From assembly GCA_963751345.1 (NCBI GenBank), contig CAVVUS010000022.1, forward strand, positions 96,001 through 160,000: a stretch of DNA of 64,000 nucleotides, read 5' to 3'. This DNA comes from an uncultured Chloroflexia bacterium (GTDB lineage: Bacteria > Chloroflexota > Anaerolineae > B4-G1 > SLSP01). A program made the translations under genes and the position numbers. Under the pieces are notes generated by a model that worked only from the letters and a program-made list of their open reading frames with translations, ran no database searches and was not told the origin of the DNA. Below are positions 42,194-54,062 of the stretch, in pieces; positions within the stretch are counted from its first letter, which is position 1, and each line of letters opens with the position of its first letter.

Positions 42194-43642
42194 CTACCGA
42201 CCTGCCACCTGACGCTGCAGCCAACCTGTAAGAACCCTGCGATCCGCGGTCGAAATCCCGCCGATGGCGATAAAGACGATGATATAAATAGCGCCGCCGA
42301 TTCCCGAGGCGATGACGACGGGCATGCTCTGCAATCTACCGATGACGACCGCCATCAGAGCACCTGCGAGGAACGGGCGCCACATCAGCTTGTGCAACTG
42401 GGGTCGCCAATGCAGCACGAAGCGTCCCAGAACGTAGAAGTTGACGATGAAGTACAGAAGGGAGGACCCAATCCTCGCCAGCGCCGCCCCGGTTGCACCA
42501 TAGCGCGGCGTCAGGAGGAGATTCAGTACCAGATTGACGGACATGCTGCCGGTGAGCATCCAGGTGATCCATTTCTGGCGATGGCAGACAAACATCACGC
42601 GATTACTCGGTACATTGAGGAAGTTGAGCAGCACCAGAACGATCAGGATGCGCAAAACGACGATGCTCTCGGAGAAACCCGAGGCGAAGACCAGCTTCAC
42701 GATGCCCGGGGCCAAGACGATGATCCCGATGACGATGGGGACCGCCAACGCGCTCAGGTAAGAAAGCGACTTGTCATACAGCCTTCTCAAGCGCTCTTCG
42801 GATTCCGCGGCGATCGCAGCCATTGTCGGATAGACGGCGAAACGATACGCTTGCGAGATGATCAGCAACGTAGCGACGACCGTCGTTGCTGCGCTATAGA
42901 TCCCCACCTCGCGCTCGCCGTGCAGGAACGAGAGCAGGATGACGTCAACCTGAAACTCGACTGCCATGAGGAACCCGTTGACGACGAAGGGCCAGACGGC
43001 AGGCAGTTGCTCTTTCACGAACCCGAAGTCCCAGGTGTTCCGGCGCGGCAGTGCACGCACAAGTCGCTGGGAAAAGATCAGCGATAGAGCCGCGCTCACC
43101 ACGCTTGAGGCTAACCACAAGATCGCGACCGCAGCAAGGCTTCCCCGGACGGAGAACATCACCAGACCGCTCATAACGAGCCGGATGAGAGAGAGGCCTA
43201 CCGCGATGCCAGTGGGCAGCGCGAAATGTCTGAGGCCAACCATCACGGCATTGGCCATGCTTCCCAGGCTGTCCGTGACAACACAGGCGCCGGTCATCAG
43301 GATAATCAAGACTGTGGCATCGGGATAGTGAGTACCATACAAGATGAGGAGTGCCAACACACCGTACAATGCGACGTTGGCAAGGAGACGAGCAGCGACG
43401 AACGAGCCGAGATAGCGCCGCGCATCTGCCGGAACCTGGGCCACCTGTCTCATCACATGGTCGTCAAGCCCGCGCGTCAGTACCGAGAAGAAGAGTAGAT
43501 ATGTAAGAGCCAGTTGAAAGACGCCCGCTGGTTCGGGTCCTAACCTTCGCCCAATGAGCACGAACATGAGCGCGTTGGCGGCCCGTGGTGCCACGTTGAG
43601 AAGAAATGAGAGCCCGAAGTTGCGGAACAGTTCAGTAATCAT
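42194..43642 (-). CDS. Wzx-like oligosaccharide flippase
   Basis: About 14 TMs; RRLGPEPAG, VGIYSAA, NLVLNLLLTPRYGATGAA. Confidence 0.88.
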   Translation of the reverse strand: MITELFRNFGLSFLLNVAPRAANALMFVLIGRRLGPEPAGVFQLALTYLLFFSVLTRGLDDHVMRQVAQVPADARRYLGSFVAARLLANVALYGVLALLILYGTHYPDATVLIILMTGACVVTDSLGSMANAVMVGLRHFALPTGIAVGLSLIRLVMSGLVMFSVRGSLAAVAILWLASSVVSAALSLIFSQRLVRALPRRNTWDFGFVKEQLPAVWPFVVNGFLMAVEFQVDVILLSFLHGEREVGIYSAATTVVATLLIISQAYRFAVYPTMAAIAAESEERLRRLYDKSLSYLSALAVPIVIGIIVLAPGIVKLVFASGFSESIVVLRILIVLVLLNFLNVPSNRVMFVCHRQKWITWMLTGSMSVNLVLNLLLTPRYGATGAALARIGSSLLYFIVNFYVLGRFVLHWRPQLHKLMWRPFLAGALMAVVIGRLQSMPVVIASGIGGAIYIIVFIAIGGISTADRRVLTGWLQRQVAGR

Positions 43643-44582
43643 ATGCGTGACCTGTGGCTAAGCTTTCCGCGCCACGACCAAGAGCTTCGCACCAACGCCA
43701 AGGGCGTCCGTGATACGCTCTAGCGGGTAGAAGGGAAGGCGCATCCCCGGCATGTCGAAGTAGCCGCGTGAGAAAAGTCCGCAGCGACCGACGAGCGTGC
43801 TGTCTGAGCCACAGGCGCAGGCTGGCCACAGTCGTGTGGTAGCCGCCAAATGCGCAGCGCACTTCCGCGATCGTGAAGCCGGCCTCCTCGAGCATCTTCG
43901 TCAGTACGGAGGCGGTGAAGACGTAGAAGTGCCGGGGTGCGTCGTAGCCTACCCAGTACCGGCCAAAGAGATGACGGTCGAGGCTGGCATAGTTAGGCAC
44001 AGCGATGACGATGATTCCGTTGTCCTCCAGAAGACGGCGGGCGAGACGGATGGCGTGACGAGGGTCGGGAGTGTGCTCGAGAACGTCCCAGAAGGTTATC
44101 GCGACAAAGGTACCGTTTGAGAACGCCACCTGATCGAGCGTGCCCGTCAGAACTCCTTGCCCGAGGCGCCTCCTGGCGTATTCGCCGGCGCCGGCGTTTG
44201 GCTCGACACCATAGATCTCCCAACCTGCGTGCTGCATCTCGGTCAGGAAGATACCCGTTGAGCAGCCGACATCCATCACTGTACCCGGGACTCGCGGACT
44301 GAACGCCTCGACGACGCGCCGGTACTTCCGCGTGTTCCACCTCCTCACCCAGCGCACCAGTCGCCACGGCTCCTCGTCAATGGCTTTCTTATAGGGTAGG
44401 TATGCCTCTGGATAGTAGGATCCGATTTCTGCCGGGGCAGGGCGTTCACGCAGATAGAGCAACCCGCACTCAGAACAACGCACCAAGGGGAACTCACCCT
44501 CAAGATCAAACGCGTAGTCCCTGAGAAGGAGCACCTCGTCGGCGCGGTCACTGCCGCAGAAACTGCAGGTCACGCATTCCAC
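43632..44582 (-). CDS. Class I SAM methyltransferase with N-terminal Zn ribbon
   Basis: CSFCG..RCSECGL; DVGCSTG; WDVLEH; APRHF. Confidence 0.88.
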   Translation of the reverse strand: MECVTCSFCGSDRADEVLLLRDYAFDLEGEFPLVRCSECGLLYLRERPAPAEIGSYYPEAYLPYKKAIDEEPWRLVRWVRRWNTRKYRRVVEAFSPRVPGTVMDVGCSTGIFLTEMQHAGWEIYGVEPNAGAGEYARRRLGQGVLTGTLDQVAFSNGTFVAITFWDVLEHTPDPRHAIRLARRLLEDNGIIVIAVPNYASLDRHLFGRYWVGYDAPRHFYVFTASVLTKMLEEAGFTIAEVRCAFGGYHTTVASLRLWLRQHARRSLRTFLTRLLRHAGDAPSLLPARAYHGRPWRWCEALGRGAESLATGHAYDY

Positions 44583-44584
44583 GC

Positions 44585-45839
44585 CTAGTCACTTCCTCTC
44601 CGGGCAGCAGCGCTAGCCACCGCCGAAACACCGTCAGCCGCACCCTTTGTGCCGGTCGCGCCGTAAGCAGGCGTCTCACCCAGAATCTGCGCATAGAAGG
44701 AAGCCAATTGCCTTGCAAGGGCATCCCATGAGAACTCCGTCTCAGCCAACTGGCGACCACGTTCGCCGAACTCGTATCGCATCTGGCGATCAGCGAGCAG
44801 AGTCAGAACAGCCTGAGCCAGGCTTTCAGCGTCATCGGCAACCACGTGTCCGATCGGGTATTCGGCGAAGAACGAGGCCATATCGCCGACATCGGTAGCC
44901 ACTATAGGCCGTCCGACCGCCATATAGTCATTGAGCTTGAGCGGCCAACGTCCCCGATTCCCCCCACTGTTCTTGAGCGGTAGCCAACACACGTCGCAGG
45001 CAGATAGATAGGTCTCAATGTCGGCGTAAGCTATCCTCCCCGTACGGCATACCGACCTCGGATCCGAGAGCAGGCGCTCAATCGGCGCGTTGAAATAGCC
45101 GGTAACGAGGAGCCGAGCAGTGGGATCTGCCGCGTGGATCAGGTCGAAGGCCTGCGCCATAAGTTCTGCGTCTCGGGAGAAGATGGCCCCAACATAGCCG
45201 ACCAAGTGTATGTCTTGCAGCAGGTCGAGCTGCTTGCGCGCAGCGGAGACCGACAGTGGGTGCATCCTTGTCACATCGCTGCCGTTACGGAGTAACAACA
45301 TGGTGTCGGACGACACGCCCAACGCTAGTGCCTTGTCACGCAGGACTGTGTTGATCACCGTCGTGCCCTGCGCACGACAGCGGAAGCGCTCCTCGAAGAA
45401 CGTCTCAATGGGTCGCAGCAGTGCACGGACCACAGGATTGGTACGCTCCTCTACGGAACCGCCCCGCCCGAACCAGTCCGACCAATCCATGACGAGCTTA
45501 GCCCTGCAGTGTCGCTGTGCATAGAGCGCGGGCCAGATAACCACTGGTCGGCTCTCAAATGCGTGCACGATGTCGAAGTGCCGATTGCGCATCCATCGGG
45601 TTCGGACCAACACGTCCCATGGGTCCCAACCGGACCGCAGCGATCCAGGTAGGAGATCCGGACATGGCGACGACGGCTACACCAGCGTCTTCGGAGACGC
45701 TTACGTGCAATCGCTGGTCGCGGGACATCGCGAGGAGCGTCACGGGGTGACCTTGCTTCACCAGACTGCGCGCCAGATTCAGCGCGCGCCAGTAGGTGCC
45801 ACGCCCCACCTGATTGTACAGCACCATCAGAATACGCAT
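44585..45839 (-). CDS. GT4 glycosyltransferase (frameshift near 45660)
   Basis: MRILM; P.KLNDYMAVGRPIVATDVG; FSWD. Confidence 0.85.
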
Positions 45840-45845
45840 AGGGCC

Positions 45846-46805
45846 CTACACACTCTGCGGCGAACCCCGCAGGCCATCGTAGAGCCCCCGGAGGTAGGAT
45901 GTCGCTGCATTGTACCGGCGGCGCCAGAGCAGCCGTGCGACGGTCTTCACGGCGCTGCCGGCCCTGTAAGGAGCAACGACCAGCCAACGCCATCCACGAA
46001 CGTATTTCCGGAAGAATCGTATGCTATGCCGTGCCATCAGGTAGCGTTCACGAGGCGAATCCGACCCGCCGGCGCTGGCGGAGACCTCATGCCACATCTT
46101 GGCAGCCGGCACAAGCAGCAGCTTGTAGCCTGCCCTCCGCGTGCGGAGGCACAGGTCCACGTCCTCGTAGTAGATCGGGTAGAAATCCTCATCGAACATA
46201 CCGACGGTCTCCAGCATCGACCGACGCATCAGGATAGCACATCCCACGAGATAATCTCGTTCCAGCACCTCCTCCCACTGACCTCGATCGACCTCGTCGT
46301 CCCCCTTGTCAGTCATCTCGTACGTCCACGGATGACAGTTTCCGCCCACCGACCAGATCCTCGTCGGCTCATCGGCGTAGTAGATCTTGGGGGCAAGCAT
46401 CCCTACGTTCTCACGCTGCGAATGCACCATCAGAGCGTCGAGCATATCCGGGGCGACGTGCGTGTCATTGTTGATGATCAGCACGAACGCCGCGCCTCTT
46501 TCGAGCGCGGAGCAGATCCCGACGTTGAACCCGCCTCCGAACCCCAGGTTTTCGGCGTTTGCGATCGTCTCTGCCTCGGGGAACTCCTGGGCAGTGGCAG
46601 AGAGCGTGCCGTCTGACGAACCGTTGTCGACCACCAGAATCCGGTAACGTGGATATGTCATCCCGCTCAGGGACTCGAGACACTTCAACGTATCCGCCTT
46701 CTGATTCCACGTCAACGTAACAACATAGACCAACGGCGGCTGCCCCTCGGATTTCACGGCATTCGGCCCCCGTATTGGGGATTCCGGCGGCCGAACGCGG
46801 AGCAC
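45846..46805 (-). CDS. GT2 glycosyltransferase
   Basis: VVDNGSSDG, NLGFGGGFN, INND, YYEDVDLCLR. Confidence 0.9.
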   Translation of the reverse strand: MLRVRPPESPIRGPNAVKSEGQPPLVYVVTLTWNQKADTLKCLESLSGMTYPRYRILVVDNGSSDGTLSATAQEFPEAETIANAENLGFGGGFNVGICSALERGAAFVLIINNDTHVAPDMLDALMVHSQRENVGMLAPKIYYADEPTRIWSVGGNCHPWTYEMTDKGDDEVDRGQWEEVLERDYLVGCAILMRRSMLETVGMFDEDFYPIYYEDVDLCLRTRRAGYKLLLVPAAKMWHEVSASAGGSDSPRERYLMARHSIRFFRKYVRGWRWLVVAPYRAGSAVKTVARLLWRRRYNAATSYLRGLYDGLRGSPQSV

Positions 46806-46821
46806 GTCGTGGCGACCTCGA

Positions 46822-48491
46822 TCATAGGTATCCCAAATCCTGCAGACGCTTCACAATCTGCTGTTCCTGGTCGGGTGAGTAGTGGTCCTCGCCCGAGGCT
46901 TCGTAATCAGCGGACTCGGTGGTTTCGGTAGCGCTCCCAGCAGCACCAGCGGACGAGGCCCCTAGCAGCGATCTGCCGTCCAGGGTTACGGGCAGCGATC
47001 GACCAAGCACCCGGAGGATTGTGGGAGCAAGATCCACGATCCTCGCATCGCTGAACTCCGTAGAGGGTTCGACGCCGGGCCCCCGCCATGATCAGGGTGC
47101 CTTCGGGACGGTGGGTGCCCGTAAGAGGAAGGGCACTGAAGTCAAGCGACTGCATCTCCTCAAAGACAGGTGCATTGGCGATATCATACCTCCCACGACC
47201 CCAATACCGGTAGTCCCGCCACTCGATGACGAGGTCAGGCGCCTGGTCAACATAGGGACCGGTATAGATCTCCTCACGACGCCACACCCGTCTGACGATC
47301 TCGTCACCTGTCTCCGGATCTCTCATCCCGCTCAGGGCATCAGCGACCTCGGCGCGGACCCGCTCGTATTCCCGTCCCCACGTCACCTTTCCTGCAGGCT
47401 CTCGCTCTTTTACGTTCAGGTATACGTTTCCTCCAGCTCCGAGGGCATACGCCGTAGTCTGGGACCACTCAACGCCAGATGAGAAAAGCGTGGATTCCAG
47501 TCCCCCCTTCAACTGATCGAAGCGCTCCGGCCCTAATCGCTTGCGAATCGCATTCCGAAGGCCAGCCGGGACCGACTGACGATAGGCGCTGGCCAGCGAC
47601 TTGAGCAGGTGCACCCGGGCTCGGTCAACGGGCCGCGCCCGTGACTCGCGGAAACTTAGGTAGCCGGCGTCGGCAAGCCAACGGTTGATGTTCACCATCC
47701 GATGGAGCGAGCCAGCGCCATGATCTGACATGACGATCACGACCGTATCGTCGTCAATCGTAGCCAGGAGATCCCCAAGTGCACAGTCCACCTCCTGGTA
47801 GATGTCGGCAACTGCGGTCCGATAGGGCCCTGCCTGGGTTTCCATATCACGCCAGAACGAATGCTGCACGAGGTCAGTCGCCATGAAAACCACGACAAAC
47901 AGATCCCACACTTCGCTCTTCAGTAGATGAAGCGAAAGGCGACGGCGATAGTCCACGCCACGTTTCAAATCTTCAATGTACTTCATCAAGGGATCGGTCG
48001 CGTGAGGATCATAATCCGGCGTGATGAAGTACCCCTCCACTTGCTTGAAGAGGGGCTGCGCCAGGCCCGGAGGATAGACGATGTGCTCGTCGACCGTAGG
48101 CGCGAAAAGCCCACTAACCACGATCCCGTTGATGGTGGGCGTAGGGTAGGTGTACGGCACATTCAGAGCGATGGTACGACCGCCAGACTGCCCTAGCATG
48201 TCAAAAAGCGCAGGAGCAGCGATCATCGACGTGTTTGTCACCTCCAGCTTATAGGTCCCCGGGCGCCGCCGGACGAAATCGTACAGGCCGTGCTTCCCCT
48301 GGTTGACACCAGTCATGAAGGTTGAAAAGGCTGGCGCGGTGACCGGCTGGAGTGTAGATCGGCAGGCGCCCATAGGCTCCCTCACGCATTAGAGAGGCCA
48401 GATTTGGGAGACGTCCCTGATCAGCCCAAGGAACGATCAGATCGAGGGTTCCCCCATCCAATCCGATGACCAGAACTTTTCTGTTCGCCAT
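46822..48491 (-). CDS. Second alkaline-phosphatase-superfamily protein (frameshifts)
   Basis: IGLDGGT, FSTFMTGVNQGKHGLYDF, MSDHG, YLNVKEREPAG, TGTHR, DLAPT, IVKRLQDLGYL. Confidence 0.88.
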
Positions 48492-48504
48492 CAGTCCGTC
48501 GCAC

Positions 48505-49495
48505 CTACCATCCCGAAGGCAACCCAAACGGGATTTCGATATCGGCAAAGCTCCTGACCTCCTGGTCCCCGGCTTGCTTCGCCCAGCCGGCCATCTTGGC
48601 GATGCCCACGCTCAAAGGCGTCGGAGGGGGAGGGTTGAAGTACGACCGTGCTTTGCTGTGGGATGCAACTGCGTGTCGGACTTCCTTTCGGGCAGGCAGA
48701 TGAACAACCTCTGACTGAGTGCCCATGGCTGGGCTGACCGCCGCAGCCAACTCGTTGATCGTATGCGCTTGGTCCCCACCGATGTTGAATGCCTCGCCGT
48801 AGGCTGCCGGATGTCTCACCGATTTAGCGATCACGGGAGCGACATCGTCGATATACGAAAAGGCTCGCGTCTGATCGCCGTCGCCGAAGATGGTAAGTGG
48901 CTTGTCCCGCATGATTTGGCCCATGAAGATCCCGATCACGTTGCGATATTTGTCCCAGATATTCTGGTGCTCCCCATAGACATTGTGAGGGCGGAAGACG
49001 ATGTAATCCAGCCCGAACTGACGGTGCGCAGCGGCCAGATCCAGCTCAACTGCATACTTGGAGATTCCATATGGATCCTCGGGATGCGGCGTGAGGTCCT
49101 CTACCATCGGGAGCTGACCGGCGCCATAGACGGCGATGGAAGACGTGAAGACGAAACACTTGACGTCAAAGAGCACGCTGAGGTTGATCAGATTGATCGA
49201 ACCCAGCAAGTTAAGCGGCGGCGTAATTATAGCTCCTTATGAAGTGGCTCAATCCCTCTGCGGCATACGCAGCCAGATGAAAGACGTAGTCAAATCGGTG
49301 CGCGGCAAAGAGCGCCTGAAGCGCATCGTAGTCGTTCACAGAGGCCCGGACGAACTTAACGCCATCTGGCACGTTCTCTGCATAGCCACCACTCAGGTCA
49401 TCGAGTGCAACGACGGATGTACCGTCGTCGCGCAGATGGCGAGCTACGCGCGAGCCGACGAAGCCAGCTGCTCCGGTCACCAACGCCTTATCCAC
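48505..49495 (-). CDS. NAD-dependent nucleotide-sugar epimerase/dehydratase (frameshift near 49220)
   Basis: LVTGAAGFVG, HLAAYAAEGLSHFI, YGISK, GDGDQTRAFSYIDD. Confidence 0.9.
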
Positions 49496-50672
49496 GCAAC
49501 ACCTCCACTTCACTCATCTGCGGGATCGTCAAGATCTCCTGTGCTTCCCAGAGTCCTTCCAGTGCGGCCACGAGACGCCTCCATGAGAATGCTTCTGACA
49601 GCCTACCCATCTCGCACGCGTCCGGCGGCGCCGATTGGCCCGCAAAGAAGGCAACTACTGCATTAGCTATCGCGTGGGATTCGTTCGGCGGCACAACCAT
49701 TGTAGGTGTTCGGGAAATCAATCCCACGGAACTGTTCTCCCAGCGTCGTGACCAATGGGACACCGAAGCCAATTGCGGTCTGGACAACACCACTCCCCGT
49801 CGCCCTCCGATGTGGCGCTACCACAAGGTCTGCAGCCACAAAGTACGAGGGAACTTCCTCGTTGGGGACATAACGATCATCTATCCTAACATTGTCTTCA
49901 ATGCCAAGCTCATAGATTCTGAGATCATACTGTTCTCGAGGCTCCCAGACTCACCGGCAACCATCAGTCGGACATCTCCCAGACGGTCCCGGATTGCGGG
50001 CACGGCCTCTAGTAGGTCCATTAGCCCTTTGTACTCTCGAACAATGCCAAAAAACAGAAGCACGGGGACATCCATTGACAGACCGAGTCGCCGACGGGCC
50101 TGTTCCTTGGAAGGTAGCTCGGAACAGAACATATCAAATACAGGTGTGGGAACCACAACGGGACTGGCCCGAGAGAGCAAGTCGTGAAGATGAGTGCGTT
50201 CCGCGTCTGATTGCACAATGTGGCCCGTTCCAGTACTCAGCACCAACCGGGCCATCAATTGGTCCCACCATCTCGCTTCATGAGGGAGAACATTGTGGCA
50301 AAGATAGATCAGTGGCACGCGAAGTAGCACGCGCAGCAGCACGGAAAGAGTCAACCAAGCAGGCGACAGGAATGTAGTCCACCAAGAAAGAACGACCAGA
50401 TCCGGCTTGCTGCGTCGGATCCAGGCTGCTGTCGTCAGCCACGAGACTGGGTTCAGTGAGCTGATGCTATAGTGCACATTCTCGGTGCGAAGTGGCTGCT
50501 TGCTCGGGTCCTGATCGCTTTCGCCCGGGAAGAGCCAGCCAGGGTAGAGATTCTTGAACGAGACCAATACCGCGTCATGTCCGTGGCTTGTAAGCGTGCG
50601 GTGCAGCATCGTGGTATAGTGAGCAGTCCCACCACGAAAAGGATACGTTGGGCCAATGAGCACGATCTTCAT
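49488..50672 (-). CDS. GT4 glycosyltransferase (frameshifts in the 3' half)
   Basis: GPTYPFRGG..HY; CHNVLPHE; FFGIVREYKG; FSWRRLV. Confidence 0.85.
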
Positions 50673-50673
50673 A

Positions 50674-51624
50674 TCAGGGACGGCTGTCTAGCTCAAGCCT
50701 TCTGATCCGATACAGCACCTCCTCCAGGATCTTGCGGTTGAACCCAATCAGATCGGCCACCAAACCGATAAGGCAGCTCTGGAACCCGGCAATGAGCAGG
50801 ATCGCCGTTAGGATAAGGGACTGGACCTTGCCCCCTCCCTGTCCCTGGAAGTAAAACCAGACAAATCGCCCCCCCAGCAACACGCCCCCAAGAATCATGA
50901 TGAATCCGATGAACAGGAACACGCGAAGCGGTCGGTACATCGCGTATGTACGGAGGATGGTTGTAGCCGAGTTCATCAGATAGTCGGGGATGTTGCGCAT
51001 CAACCGCGAGTGCCGCGTTTGGGGATTCACCTCGACCGGTACGTACTGAACCGCCAAACGATGCGCGCCGGCCTGGATCAACGACTCCAGCGTATACGAG
51101 TATTGGCTCAAGATGATCGTCCGCAGCGCGGCCTCACGACTCAGCGCCCGGAAACCACTTGTGGCATCCGGTGTATCGACCCCGGACGCCTGCTTGACGA
51201 CCCAACTCCCGAGCCTCTGCAGACGGCGTTTGACCGGTGAGAAATCAGCGACCCCCATCACTCCGCGATCGCCGACGACCATATCGGCGGCGCCCGCAAG
51301 CAGAGGTCGCACCAGCCGGGGTATATCCGCCCCCCGGTACTGGTTGTCGCCATCGGTATTGACGACGATATCCGCTCCCAATGCCAGCGAAGCCTCCAGA
51401 CCCTTCACGAATGCCGTAGCCAGGCCCATATTGCGGGTCAATTGGGCGATGTGAGCCACGCCCAGTTCGCGGGCCACTGCAACGGTTCGATCGGTGCTCC
51501 CGTCATCGATCACCAAGACCTCAATCTGGTCGACGCCATCAATGTGCGCCGGCAGATCGGCCACGGTCTGTGGCAGCGTATGTTCTTCGTTGTAGCAGGG
51601 TATTTGTATGACGAGCTTGGTCAT
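50674..51624 (-). CDS. GT2 glycosyltransferase with two C-terminal TMs (polyprenol-P sugar synthase-like)
   Basis: [31 protein letters not shown]. Confidence 0.9.
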   Translation of the reverse strand: MTKLVIQIPCYNEEHTLPQTVADLPAHIDGVDQIEVLVIDDGSTDRTVAVARELGVAHIAQLTRNMGLATAFVKGLEASLALGADIVVNTDGDNQYRGADIPRLVRPLLAGAADMVVGDRGVMGVADFSPVKRRLQRLGSWVVKQASGVDTPDATSGFRALSREAALRTIILSQYSYTLESLIQAGAHRLAVQYVPVEVNPQTRHSRLMRNIPDYLMNSATTILRTYAMYRPLRVFLFIGFIMILGGVLLGGRFVWFYFQGQGGGKVQSLILTAILLIAGFQSCLIGLVADLIGFNRKILEEVLYRIRRLELDSRP

Positions 51625-51643
51625 AGTGTGCGTCGCAGGAACT

Positions 51644-52339
51644 CTAATCCGCCGTTCGATGTTCCACCCCATCCGGGTGGCCAACGACAACGTCCGATAC
51701 CAACCCCAACATCAGCCCGTGGGCCATAATCCCCGCGCGATCATTGAGCGCGCGCGCCAGGGCGCCAGGGTCCTCGATCGGTCCGAAGTTGCTGTCGAGG
51801 ATCAGATTGCCCTGGTCCGTCAGAAAGCGCGAACCGTCGTCCTTCTGCCGCACCTTGACCTCGGCGCCGAGCGAGACGAGATACGCCGCCTCAGCACGCC
51901 AACCGAAGGGCACGACCTCGACCGGCACCGCCCAGTGCGTGCCCAGCGCCGGGGACAGCTTGCTCTCGTCCACGACGATGATCTCACGCCGCGTGGCCTG
52001 TGCCACAATCTTCTCGCGCAGCAGCGCCCCCCCGCCTCCCTTGATCACGTTGAGCGCAGGGTCCACCTCATCCGCCCCATCGATGGTCACGTCCACGACG
52101 GGATGAGCATCCAGCGTCGTCAGGGGTATGCCCAGCGTCTGCGCAGCGTGTTCCACCTGAATCGAGCAAGGCACGCCGAGGATATCGCGCAGCGCGCCGG
52201 ACTTCAACAGATCCGCAATCTTGCGGAGGGCAAAGATCGCCGTCGTCCCGTGCCCCAAGCCCACAATCATGCCGGACTTGACAAATCGTACCGCGAACTC
52301 GCCGGCTTCCTGCTTCTGCGCTTGTGGTGTCTTCGTCAT
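51644..52339 (-). CDS. rpiA: Ribose-5-phosphate isomerase A
   Basis: [39 protein letters not shown]. Confidence 0.95.
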   Translation of the reverse strand: MTKTPQAQKQEAGEFAVRFVKSGMIVGLGHGTTAIFALRKIADLLKSGALRDILGVPCSIQVEHAAQTLGIPLTTLDAHPVVDVTIDGADEVDPALNVIKGGGGALLREKIVAQATRREIIVVDESKLSPALGTHWAVPVEVVPFGWRAEAAYLVSLGAEVKVRQKDDGSRFLTDQGNLILDSNFGPIEDPGALARALNDRAGIMAHGLMLGLVSDVVVGHPDGVEHRTAD

Positions 52340-52988
52340 TCAGGGAGTCGCTCCGCCTTCCGATGAAAGAGCCGCTCGCGCAGTCCGGAGATCGCCACAC
52401 GGAGCGGCGGAATCCTCAAGGCCAGGAGCACGCCCAAAATGACCGGATACCGCCAGGCCTCCCACGGATCCTTCTTGACCCAGAGCACATGCCATACAGC
52501 CATCGCGCCGACAACGTAGACGAGGCGCTGAACCCAGGGCCAAGACCGACCCATGCTATCCCGAAGCCCAGGAACTGAGGTTACCCCAAGTACCAACAAA
52601 AGCAAGAACGCGACCGCCCCTACGATGACAAAGGGCTGTTGAGCAAGGCCGATCCAGAGCAACGGCAGGTCGAAGCGATAGTCCAATCCCGCGAAGGTGA
52701 GGAAGTGCGCACCTGCAAAGGCCAGAGCCCACAGCCCCAAAGGGCGCCTCGCCGGCAGAATACCTACGGTAGCCCGTGACAACGGCGACGGGCGTACAAG
52801 CGAGGGAAAGCAGAAGGAAGGCGATCGCCAGCCGACCTGTGCGGATGGTGATCTCTTTCACTGGGTCGATCAGGAACCCGCCTGAGGCATAGGTCCAGAC
52901 GAGTGCCACGACTGCCAATGCTGCACTCACGTGTGCCGCAACGGGTGGCCAATGGGCTCGGAACCACGCGACGTTGGTTTCTCGCCAC
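52336..52988 (-). CDS. msrQ: Heme-binding membrane subunit MsrQ (frameshifts)
   Basis: TG..A..FLLLSLACTP, RRPLGLWA..FAGAH, GVTS, QRLVY..WH; adjacent to msrP. Confidence 0.85.
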
Positions 52989-52993
52989 GTTCT

Positions 52994-53968
<975 letters not shown>

Positions 53969-54062
53969 CTACCTCCTCATAGTCCAACGGTATGAAGTGC
54001 CGGATGCCCGAATCAGGCGATGGCACAGTAACGGCTATACGATTCCCCATTCACCAATGTGC

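Noticed and set aside
42056-43087. Long plus-strand ORF, and similar ones at 67-654, 7424-8323, 45570-46616 and 55890-56831
   Set aside because: Antisense to well-supported genes; expected in GC-rich DNA.
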